This document shows, piece by piece, positions 1 to 15,621 of a stretch of 64,000 nt of DNA. Source of the stretch: Octopus sinensis (taxonomy: Eukaryota); contig NC_043012.1 in NCBI RefSeq assembly GCF_006345805.1, forward strand, positions 52,824,001 through 52,888,000. The letters run 5' to 3'. Positions within the stretch are counted from its first letter, which is position 1. Each line of letters opens with the position of its first letter. The translations under genes and the position numbers were made by a program. The notes beneath the pieces were generated by a model. The model did no database searches. It saw only the letters and a program-made list of their open reading frames with translations, and was not told where the DNA came from.

Positions 1-930
1 CTTCTACTCACGTATCTTGGAAGAAGGAATTCCAAGATAAGGGTAGAAGGAATCCCGCTTGGGTTGCGACAGCCGTCCTCATTGGAAGAGAAGAGGAAGT
101 GACTGTCCTCCAGGCCACGGAAACGGAAGAAGGAAGATTTAAAGGGAAGTCGCTTGAACTTATCATTCAGACCGTGGAAAAACAACTGGAAAATTTGGCA
201 GACAGTATCATTGGGAGAGATAGTTCTAAGAACGTGGGTGGAGAACAGAATTCCACGCTGCTTTAAATGTGGCCAAAAGGACCACATTAGAGCGCACTGC
301 CCTCTTCAGAGGAAAATGACAGAAGAAGCGGCGGTGGAGACGGAGGAGGAGGAAAAGGAAGAATTACAGATAGATGGAAGGAACAAGGAGGATGAATGGA
401 CAGTGACCGAGAACAAAAGGAAAAAGAGAAAGAAGAGGAAGAACAGTCAGTGTGATGTGGGACCCCAGACCAACTCCATCCCACCCAAGACCACTCAGAC
501 CCACGCTCCCCATATGATACCAAACCTACCCACCTCCCTCTCCTCACAGGAAAAAAAAGAAGAAAGAACAGACACCACAAAATTTAAAAGACCCCTCCCC
601 CGGTGAAAAAGGTTACGTGTACATGGAGGAGAGAGTGTTGTCACTCAGCGATGGGGGAAAAGGAAAGACTAGATTAAAGACTAAAGAGGATTTAGGACTC
701 AGAGGTGGCAATTGGTGTTACTCAGTGTGGGGTGAGTAACACACTTTTCATATTCTCATTTCTCAAGTTATCATTCATGTATCATTATTTTAATATTTTG
801 ATTTTAATGTTTTTCATGTTCATTTTCATGTGTCATTCATAGCCTCATATTTTTATTGTTATATGTCCCCACATGTGTTGTAGTGTCCCCTCTGTGTAAA
901 GCCTTTATGGCAATTGAAAAGAAATAAAGA
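1..930 (+). mobile_element. L1/Tx1-like non-LTR element remnant: frameshifted ORF1 (gag-like CCHC zinc knuckle) followed directly by a 3' UTR; truncated by window start
   Basis: Stitching frames 1/3/1 gives YLGRRNSKIRVEGIP..WVATAVLIG..EKQLENLADSII..VLRTWVENRIPRCFKCGQKDHIRAHCP (CX2CX4HX4C), then an acidic and a basic tract; stop at 604-606; T-rich UTR; AATAAA at 923-928. No RT ORF before the 3' end. Confidence 0.65.
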
Positions 931-1458
931 AGCTTGCTTCTCAATTACATGGTTCCGGGTTCAAGCCCATTGCGTGGCACCTTGGGCAAGTGTCTTTTAC
1001 TATAGCCTCAGAACGACCAAAGGATGAAAGAGAAAGTCGACCTCGACGGAATTTGAACTCAGAACGTAACGGCAGACGAAATATGGCTATGCATTTCGCC
1101 CAGCGTGCTAACGATTCTGCCAGCTCGCCGCCTTGCTCACACAATATATATGTACGTACACACAATATGTATGTGAGTGGATTTGGTAGACGGAAACTGA
1201 AAAGAAGCCCGTCGAATATATATGCTTATATGTGTGCCTTTCTGTCTGTGTTTGTCTCACCCCCACGCCACCATCGCTTGACAACCGATGTTGGCGTGTT
1301 TACCACCCCCGTAACTTAGCGGGTCGGCCAAAGAGACCCATAGAACAAGTACCAGGCTTACAAAGAATAAGTCCTGGGATCGATTTCTTCGATTAAAAGG
1401 CAGTACTCTAGCATGCCCGCAGTCAAATGATTGAAACAAGTAAAAGAATAAAAGAATA
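927..1458 (+). mobile_element. SINE family A (tRNA-like head, ccttgggcaagtgtcttctactatagcc body, microsatellite linker, tail ending gtcaaatgactgaaacaagtaaaaga), 5'-truncated, interrupted at 1014-1172
   Basis: Matches the many other family A copies in the window (e.g. 43207-43580, 62812-63237). Confidence 0.85.
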
Positions 1459-1552
1459 AAATAAATAGGATATCCAGCTTTTTGAAAATCCATTTGCAAT
1501 TGTTTGTGAGACAAATCAGAGAAGGCGAAGAAGTGGAAGTGTCCTAAATATC

Positions 1553-1998
1553 GATTTCAAATTTTGGTACAAGGTCGGCAATTTTGAGGGAAGTGGCTAG
1601 TCGATTGTATTGAACACAATGTTCAACTGGTACTCAATTCATCGACCCCGAAGGAATGAAAGTCAAAGTCGACCTGAGCGGAATTTGAACTCATAACGTA
1701 AAGACAAACGAAATGCCGCTAAGCATTTTTGCTTTACGTGCTAACGATTCTGCCATCTCGCAGCTTTTAAGAACGGAATAGTTTCGTTTCAAAATTTGGC
1801 ACAAGGCCAGCAATCTCGGGGGAAGGGGGTAACTCGATGGCATCAACTCCAGTGCTCATCTGGGACTTATTTTATCGACCTCAAAAGGATGAAGGTAAGT
1901 CGACCACGGCGGAATTTGAACTCGGAACGTAAAGACGAACGAAATGCCGCTGTGCAATTTTGCCTGGCATGCCTACAAGTCTGCCAGCTCGCCGCCTT
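1553..1998 (-). mobile_element. Two tandem SINE family B copies (tail variant 2), approx 1553-1767 and 1786-1998
   Basis: Reverse complement of head aaggcggcgagctggcagaa...gagttcaaattcc (B-box-like) and body gtcgactttgcctttcatcctttcggggtcgataaa. Confidence 0.85.
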
Positions 1999-2014
1999 AG
2001 AGAACAATATATAT

Positions 2015-2241
2015 TACTCTTTTACTTGTTTCAGTCATTTCACTATGGCCATGCTGGATCAACGCCTTTAGTCGAGCAAATCGACCCCAGGACTTATTCT
2101 TTGTAAGCCTAGTACTTATTCTATCGGTCTTTTTTGCCGAACTGCTAAGTTATGGGGACGTAAACACACCAGCATCTGTTGTCAAGCGATGTTGGGGAGA
2201 GGGACAAATACAGACACACACACACACACACACACACATAC

Positions 2242-2284
<43 letters not shown>

Positions 2285-2450
2285 GCGAAAGGCTTCTTTC
2301 AGTTTCCGTCTACCAAATCCACTCAGAAGGCTTTAGGCGGCTTGAGGCTATAGTAGAAGACACTTGCCCAAGGTGCCACGCAGTGGGACTGAACCCGGAG
2401 CCATGTGGTTCGTTAGCAAGTTACTTACCACACAGCCACTCCTACGCCTA
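2015..2450 (-). mobile_element. SINE family A, near full length
   Basis: Head taggcgtaggagtggctgtgtggtaagtaacttgc...ggttccgggttcagtcccactgcgtggcacc on minus strand; internal (CA)n(TA)n linker; conserved tail. Confidence 0.9.
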
Positions 2451-2878
2451 TTAACAACAAAACAAAAAAAAGGGAACGGTTGATAGAATTTACCCTCGCC
2501 ACTTACGTTGTCAACTCCTAAGAACTAAAAGTATGTAAACTGATCCATGAACTAACTCCAAACATTGGCACCTTTCGTGGAATTAATATTCTTTTACCTA
2601 TAATTAGTATAATCATTATATTTGACATTACCCAATTTCATTTCATATTTTTTATTCCAAAGAGATGGCTGTTTTTCTCAGCTATAAATTACTTAGATCT
2701 TACTTTCATAAACCGAATTTAGTTGAGAATTAATCCTGTTCCGAAAACCTTCAGTCGTTATCTGTTGTCACGTTCCAAGACTAGACACATTTAATTTCTG
2801 CTGCCTTATACTTTCACATATTCACTCCTTTTTTTCCTTCACCCACTCTCTCTCTCTCATTCTCACTTTCTCTCTCTC

Positions 2879-3156
2879 TGAAGAAAATGCTGACAAAATA
2901 ATTTAAGTAAGGGAGAGTGTATTTAATTAGATGAAAGTTCTTTACCGGTTGCGCATTTGTTATGCTTATCAAAAGATATTTTTTTAAGAGAGATAGAGTT
3001 CCTTTCTGATAGAGAAAAAAATCTATCAGAAAGGAACTCTATCTCTCTTAAAAAAATATATTTTGATAAGCATAACAAATGCGCAACCGGTAAAGAACTT
3101 TCACCTAATTAAATACACTCTCCCTTACTTAAATTATTTTGTCAGCATTTTCTTCA
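2879..3156. repeat. Near-perfect 278-bp palindrome (two 135-bp arms, 8-nt loop)
   Basis: Arm 2879-3013 is the reverse complement of 3022-3156 with 2 mismatches; loop gaaaaaaa. Confidence 0.95.
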
Positions 3157-3352
3157 TTTCCTTTTTTTATATATCACAACTCGTGTTCCACATCTCCTTT
3201 TTTTAAATATATATATATAAATATACGCGAAATTAAATAATAAGGGTAGAAATTTATGTTAATCAATTAAAACCAGTGGCTTAGCTTGTTTAAAAATCCG
3301 AAGATTAAAAATTGTGTTACATACAAAATTAAGAGGAATGACCACTTATGTG

Positions 3353-3455
3353 GACACCTAATATGCTAAACATAGACGTCAAATCGCCATTACCACGAAG
3401 AACACATTCTTCGTGGTAATGGCGATTGACGTCTATGTTTAGCATATAGGGTGTC
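3353..3455. repeat. Fold-back palindrome (~50-bp arms, 4-nt loop)
   Basis: gacacctaatatgctaaacatagacgtcaaatcgccattaccacgaagaa / ttcttcgtggtaatggcgattgacgtctatgtttagcatatagggtgtc. Confidence 0.95.
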
Positions 3456-4310
3456 TCTTAATCTTGTGTGTGTGTATATATATATATAATAAATGAATGT
3501 TTTTATATATAATGAACGTGAAATACAGGAAGGGACGAACACGGAACACAGACAAATCATTCGAAGCCTTCAATCTTCAGTCAGACACCGAATCATCATA
3601 GCAAATTTCGGCTGTTCAGTTCTGATATTTGCTCCAACTCGGCCAGCCCCAAGAAAAAAAACTAAGCTGTAAGCATTAGATTTCTTGGTAGAAGACAGGA
3701 ATGTGAACGCACAAGACGGATGTGAATACAAGAGACGAAAACGAAATTGAAAACAGTAATGAATAAACAAAATATATATAACGGTGGTTGTCATACGACT
3801 TTAGACCAAATGAGACAAAAACAACAACAACAACATAGCTGGCGTAGAAATAATTACCGTTTCGGTAGCGGGGACACATGTTGGTCGAGATACGAAGGCC
3901 AACAGAATGGTTTAAGAAGCAGCAGGTCGCAGGAGAGAGAGAAAGAGAGACAGAGAGAGAGGGAATCAAAGAGGGTGGAAGGCAGGGGACAGAATCAGTG
4001 ACCAAGAGAAAAGGAGAAAGAAGGGATTAAGGAGGATGGGAGGAAGAGGGGAGGAGGATGGGAGGAAGAGAGGGGAAGAATCGGAGGGCGCCAAGAAGCA
4101 ATGGCGGGTAGGAAAGACAGTGTGTATATATATATATATATACGCACACACATGCTTATTGTTTTATTCCTTAAGTGCTTTTGGTCGTACGACTGCGGCC
4201 ATAAATATATGAAAGAGTGTATGTACAACTCACATGTATTGATCCTTTTGTATACATACACACATACATATACATACATAGACACACACACACACCCACA
4301 CCCACACACC

Positions 4311-4356
<46 letters not shown>

Positions 4357-4535
4357 TACATATATATATAGATATGTGTATATGTATACATCAGTATATT
4401 ATGCATGTGTACATATGATGTGAGTGTGTGTAAACATCAATATATTATATATATATATATATGAGTGTGTGTGTATATATGTATGTATGTTTGTGTGTGT
4501 GTGTCTATAACAAATACACGCCCCCACAAATGTTT

Positions 4536-4578
<43 letters not shown>

Positions 4579-5161
4579 CATATACATATATACACATACG
4601 TGTGTATGTATGTATGTATGTATAATGAACATAGAGGCCACTCAAAGATGATACATTTATGACTCCATCAGAATATAATCCCACGCAGCCGTCTGTATGT
4701 TTGTGATCGTGTACTTTGCTTTGAGTCATGACTCTGATATTCAAATAACCAAAATCTGATGAAGGCCAAAGTGCAAGTATTTATATATCAAATAGGAGAA
4801 TGTAATTGTCTTCCCAACGATTCTTTTCTTTTTGCGTATTATTCTTCGTTATTTTTGTCTTCTTGCTCCTCTTCTTCGTCTTCTTCTTGTCTTTCTCCTC
4901 CTCCTTGTTGTTGTTGTTATCATGGTGGGTGTTGGAGATGGAAGTTGGTTTGCTTTTGTTGACATCTCCCTACTTCAGAAATGACATTGTAATTTCTTGT
5001 ATCACTGATATTCTATGCGCTTTTGCATGCACGTATGCGGTCATGTGCGAGCATCCATCCATACGTACATACATACATACATATCTACGTATGGATGGAT
5101 ATATATAAAGAGAGAGAGAGAGGAAGGAGGAGACGGATATTTATACATATTTACATACACT

Positions 5162-5235
<74 letters not shown>

Positions 5236-5259
5236 GTATGTGTGTACATATATATATAT

Positions 5260-5291
<32 letters not shown>

Positions 5292-5524
5292 ATATAAGTT
5301 AGAAAAGCACCACCTTTTATCAATTCAAAATGAACAATTAAATTACACCATCTAGAAAATTACATATAATAAAAATATTAAAATTAAAATAACACTAAAA
5401 TGTCAATGTTGAAGTAAATTGCAAAAAAATAATAAAAACGTATATAATTGGTAGAATAACGACACGTGTTTCGTGGTTATATTTAAGAAATGATTATAGT
5501 AGTAGTGAAATCACTCACACAATA

Positions 5525-5757
5525 TATTTCTTTATTGCCCACAAGGGGCTAAACATAGAGAGGACAAACAAAGACAGACAAAGGGATTAAGTCGATTACA
5601 TCGACCCCAGTGCGTAACTGGTACTTTATTTATCGACCCCGAAAGGATGAAAGAGAAAGTCGACCTCGGCGGAATTTGAACTCAGAACGTAACGGCAGAC
5701 GAAATATGGCTACGCAGTTCGCCCAGCGTGCTAACGATTCTGCCAGCTTGCCGCCTT
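5525..5757 (-). mobile_element. SINE family B (tail variant 1), full length
   Basis: Complete head-body-tail; on the element strand the tail ends gccccttgtgggcaataaagaaata. Confidence 0.9.
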
Positions 5758-6049
5758 GCTCACACAATATATATGTACGTACACACAATATGTATATACA
5801 TATAGATATATAAACGTATTCGTAGACACATATACAAATATATTTATATATATACATACATGCATACACACACGCACGTACATTTATACATACATACATA
5901 AATACATACATATATACCCAACTCCTCCCTTCATGGATGAGGTCGAGTTAGCAATCAAAACATAACTTTTATGCATTGGACAAATCGATGCTATTTTAAT
6001 ATCAATATTCATCCAACTTGATATATATGTTGTATTTATATCACTGTGT

Positions 6050-6637
6050 GTTTGTTAGATTAAATGAAAATACTTTCCAACGAAGATAATAAATCCCACA
6101 AAAAGCGAAACAGGCATTATTAACAAATCTATAGAAGACATTATACGACACACAAGAGCGTTCTCATACCTCATTCAATTGATATATAGCAGCTCAACCA
6201 TTGAATAGGTCAAGAAAATTAAAGATAAGCCCACATGCAACTTCATGCATTTCGACTTCATGGAGTCTTACATCTCATATCCAAAAACTTCCCCCCCAAA
6301 GCACTCGAGGTTAGTAAAGCATATACAAGCGTTGCAAACACCGATATATCCATAATAATGAACACAAGGAAGTGATTGCTTTTCCTGAGTAATTCCTTTC
6401 CATAAGCTCGGAAACATGGGGTGCAGGGGTATGCAAGCGCACCCTGTAAAATTTTGTTTGTTTGTTTATTAGGTGGTCGGGGCTTGGGTGGGGGCGTTGA
6501 AAACGCTTTGAATATCCTCCTGGAAAGCTTCATCGCCAAAACGAACGAGTATAGAAACATGTTTGGAATGATTTGAAAATTAGTTTTCCTTTATTGGATT
6601 TATTTGATTGGAGTGATGTACAAATGTAGTAGTAGTA

Positions 6638-6711
<74 letters not shown>

Positions 6712-7930
6712 ATACCTGTGGTTGCAAAACATTTGGACCTGCGTTTGCACTCACTAAGCAAATTTCCTTCCCGCACGTTTCGATTGGATGAAAAAGGATA
6801 GAAATGGGCTATCTGATGTTGCTATCGGGAGCCATGAAGAAGCAGAGAAAACGGATCTTGTTGGCCTTTGCATCCTACATATCCTTAAAAATGAAAGAGA
6901 AGAAGCCAACGTAGGGTTATATAGGGACATCGGTCTTGGAGTAGTGCTTAACAAAATACGGACACGATATGTGAAAGATGAAAAAAACAAAATTATGCAA
7001 AATATTCAGTCAACTCAACCTAAATTTACCATTAGCACTAGCCTTAAAGAAATTAATTTCCTATGTATTAATATGAATTTTAAGTACAGGCAAAATCAAA
7101 AGAGGACACCACCTATATTGACAGAGGCTCTAATCATTCATCATCAATAATAAAACAATTAGTTAACGACCTATTCTCTGACGAATCTACTTACTAAAAG
7201 AGGCAGCCCCATATAATGACACTGCATAAGAAAGGTCCAAATATTAATAGTATAACTTATATTGAACAAAACGTGGGTAAGCCAAAAAAGACGTAAGCAG
7301 AAGAAAATATTATGGTATAATCCTCCATTTCGCATGATTGTGGCTACAACTATAGCAAGAAAATTTCTAAAACTCATTGATACACATTTCTAATACTACA
7401 ACGACCTCGATAGAAATTCAGTTAAAGTTGGCTATAGTTGCCTCTGCAACACAGGATCGATGATTTTTAATCACAATAAGAATAATAACATTAGGAACAG
7501 CTCTCAAGTATATTTTATTGTAGATCTCCAAATAACTGTCCCCTTAACGTGTGCCTGGAAAAAAGAATTGGTGAACAAGTCCAGCATCACGGACTGGGCT
7601 TGAACGGATCAACAAAAACTTACATTGGAATGATGAAAAACATTCGAGTGAAGGTATACGCAACACTTGGCTTCGTTACAAAAGATGCACAACATCTTTG
7701 CCCAGTAGGGTATGGACCCTTAAAGAGAAGAGTGTGAATACCCCTACATAAATTAGAGCAAAATAGATAAGACCAGCAAATATAGGGAACGGAGCCGAAA
7801 ATGCAATCCCCGTATCAGAGATAATTATATATTATAATATGAACAGTTAACATTTTGAATATTAGAGAAGAAAGATTTTCCCTTTGCATGCATAAACGGC
7901 AATTCATACTTGGAAATTTCAAGCACAAGC
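6050..7930 (+). pseudogene. Decayed Penelope-like retroelement (RT plus C-terminal GIY-YIG endonuclease), interrupted at ~6405-6785
   Basis: Frameshifted pieces: NPTKSETGIINK; FMHFDFMESY; WMKK..DVAIGSHEEAE..LVGLCIL; GLYRDIGL (YRDD-type motif); KKILWYNPPF..IARKFLKLIDTHF; RNSVKVGYSC; CPL..CL; KTYIG; terminal CMHK..F.L. This order matches canonical EN+ PLEs. Confidence 0.85.
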
Positions 7931-8416
7931 CCTCAACTACTTTGCTATATATCCAGCCTGGTTAAGTATTTGGATATCAATTATAAACAAAATATGTTTT
8001 AGGGATATATACTTACAATAACCCATACTGGATTTCCTTAATACACTGATACATATGCCTAGCAGATATTCACATCATCTCCCTCTCCCATCTCTTTTAC
8101 TCTCTCTCTCTCTCTCCCATCTCTTTTACTCTCTCTCTCTCCCTCTTTCTCTGAGAGAGCAAAAGACAGACAGACAGGCACATATACCCAGGCATACATA
8201 CCTATATGCTTATATTGTATGAATGTTCGAGTTTGCACTTCGAGTTCTTTACTTTGAGTGGCCTGGCGATGTTTATATAAGCAAATAACACAAAAATGTA
8301 TGTATGTGCGTACATGTATGTGTGTATATGTACATATATGTTTGTATGTATGTGTTCATAATTAAGGTGTGTGTGTGTGTGTGTGTGTGAAAGTGAGAGA
8401 GAGAGAGTGGGAAGGA

Positions 8417-8455
<39 letters not shown>

Positions 8456-8589
8456 GCTTCACAAATAAAAGTGCTAGATATATTTATAAATATAGTAAAA
8501 CTAAAATTTATACATATATAATTGAGGGTGTAGATCTGTGCATATGCTGTTGAGCATGTCTGTATGAATGATTGGGGGTACGTGCGCAC

Positions 8590-13215
<4,626 letters not shown>

Positions 13216-13221
13216 AATTTC

Positions 13222-13716
13222 TTTTATTCTTTTCAGTCATTAGACTGCAGCGATATGGAGCACTGCCTTAGTCGAGCAAATCAACTCCAGGACTTATGCC
13301 TTGTAAGCCTAGTACTTATTCTATCGGTCTCTTTTGCCGAACCGCTAAGTTACGGGGACGTAGACACACCAGCATCGGTTGTCAAGCGATGCTGGAGGGA
13401 CAAAGACAGACATATACACGGCATCCAACCGTAGAAACACTGCCAGATCAGACTGGACCTGATGCAGCCTTCTGGCTTCACAGACCCCAGTTGAACCGTC
13501 CAACCCATGCTAGGATGGAAAGCGGACGCTAAATGATGATGATGATGATATATATATACATGACGGCTTCTTTCAGTTTCCGTCTACCAAATCCACTCAC
13601 AAGGCTTTGGTCAACCTGAGGCTATAGTAGAAGACACTTGCCCAGGGTGCCACGCTTTGGAATTGAACCCGTACCATGTGGTTGGTACGCAAGCGACTCA
13701 GCACACAGCCACTCCT
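13222..13716 (-). mobile_element. SINE family A with a plus-strand family C fragment (13420-13550) inserted in its central linker
   Basis: A tail and head flank ggcatccaaccgtagaaacactgccagatc...ggacgctaaatgatgatgatg. Confidence 0.85.
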
Positions 13717-13745
13717 TCACCTGTATATATATATATATATTATAT

Positions 13746-13780
<35 letters not shown>

Positions 13781-13868
13781 GATATATATATATGCGTGTA
13801 TACATATATGTATTATGTATACATACATATATATATATATACATACACACACACATATACATATACAT

Positions 13869-14083
13869 ATTGTTGTATTTGGGGATGGTCATTTTTTTTG
13901 CCAAATAAGCACACGCACTATATATTCGTTCTTCACTCGTTCATTATTGTTCATACTCTAACTAGTGTCCATTGTCCGCAAATCTTTCGTCACTCATCTG
14001 AAGAGTAATAAGAACAGCAATAAACGAGTGAAGACCGAATATATAGTGCGTATGTTTATGTGGCAAAATCCCCAAATACAATA
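13869..14083. repeat. Imperfect fold-back (arms ~13869-13952 and ~14011-14083)
   Basis: tgtatttggggat..gcactatatattcgttcttcactcgtt..ttgttc versus gaacagcaataaacgagtgaagaccgaatatatagtgcg..atccccaaatacaata. Confidence 0.85.
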
Positions 14084-14185
14084 TCAGTTCCAACACACGA
14101 CTTCACGTCAGGAATCTTGCAACATAAATTCATAAACGTATATATGCGTGTGTATGTGACTGTATAGATATAAATGATTATTGGT

Positions 14186-14313
14186 GAATTTGTCTACGAT
14201 TCGTCTACAACAATGTATGTGTGTGTGTGTGTGTGTGTGGTTGTAGATGATTTATATCCGTCGATAAATTGCTGTAAATGAATTGTTGTAGACGAACTGT
14301 TGTAGACAAATTC
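14186..14313. mobile_element. Small MITE-like element with gaatttgtctac...gtagacaaattc terminal inverted repeats
   Basis: ~28-bp inverted termini with repeated gtagac motif around a (TG)n core. Confidence 0.5.
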
Positions 14314-14334
14314 GCTGGAAACCTATATATATAT

Positions 14335-14510
14335 ATGATTGACCGCTTCCCTGACAAATTCTTTTATTCTGTCTCTGTCTATTTCCTCGTGTTCCTTTCT
14401 GTTGAAGAGCGTTGGTTCGAAACGTAAAAGACTTTCTCACCATAGCGAGCGTCAAACTAATACACCTGTTTGTTGTTTATACACCTGTCTTAGTTTTTTT
14501 GTTTTTCTCT

Positions 14511-14515
<5 letters not shown>
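14335..14515 (+). mobile_element. Short Penelope pseudo-LTR-type element (relative of 23660-23835 and 45435-45597)
   Basis: ctttctgttgaagagcgttggttcgaaacgtaaaagact core and ctaatacacctgtttgttg downstream resemble the two other copies. Confidence 0.55.
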
Positions 14516-14550
<35 letters not shown>

Positions 14551-14767
14551 TAATATATATATAATATATATATATATATAAAACACACGCAAAGCTTATA
14601 CAAAGCTTTACATTTTACATTTGACGACCTTTTTATAAATAAGTGAAACCAGTCAAGTGAATAAACATCTTTAAAATTGCATTTTCAAACCTTCTTTCAC
14701 ATATATTTCCACTTGTGCAGAATCTTAAAACTTTACTTTGTTATGTGTGTGTGTGTGTGTGTGTGTG

Positions 14768-14885
14768 TATACTTTATTACAAAGCAGCAAAAATATCACA
14801 AAAACTGTTACTCAGAATTTCACGTTCCTGTTCGTGAAACTCTAACAGTTTTTGTGATATTTTTGCTGCTTCTTGATAAAGCATA
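14768..14885. repeat. Fold-back hairpin (~55-bp arms)
   Basis: aagcagcaaaaatatcacaaaaactgtta..aatttcacg / cgtgaaactct..aacagtttttgtgatatttttgctgctt. Confidence 0.9.
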
Positions 14886-14959
14886 TTACTCTGCCTCTGG
14901 TATTCGACTACTATTTTTTCCACCTTGTTTAGCATTTATGTGCTTACTCTGTTATATAT

Positions 14960-15026
<67 letters not shown>

Positions 15027-15621
15027 GAAGTAGCATAGCATTACCTTTATTTCCTTTTTTTATACATACAGCTTCAAATAGACCTACACGTGTTTCTACC
15101 GCATCAATGAGTAACTGTTGCAATTGCATACCTACTATAGTACTGGTGCTGTTTCTTCGGTGTCTTCACTTATATATCCTTTGATTTAACTGTTTAACTG
15201 TTTTGTCGTTGATCCACTCTGCATTGTATGATGTGGAGTTGTTTGTTAATTTAGACGTGAACTATCTTCAATTCTGGTTTCAATTGGATATTCGCTTATA
15301 ACCAGTTATTTCAAAACATTCTGTTGTTCAGATGTTTATTGCTCATTTATATTGAGGAAAAGTAATTTCTTTATAGGCAAGCACTCAATGCTTGTTTGTA
15401 TATTTCTGTGCATGCGAGCCTGTGTATATGTGTTTATGTACATTATATTCAATATAATATACACACATACATATATTTTATATGTATATTAATTATAATC
15501 GAGGATTTTTTACATGTTTAGCCAACATGTACAACATTGTGATTCCTATTAGCAAGCGAAACATATGTAATGGTGAATAGATAATACCAAGAAATTTCCC
15601 AATTTCCTGTTTTGTTATATA

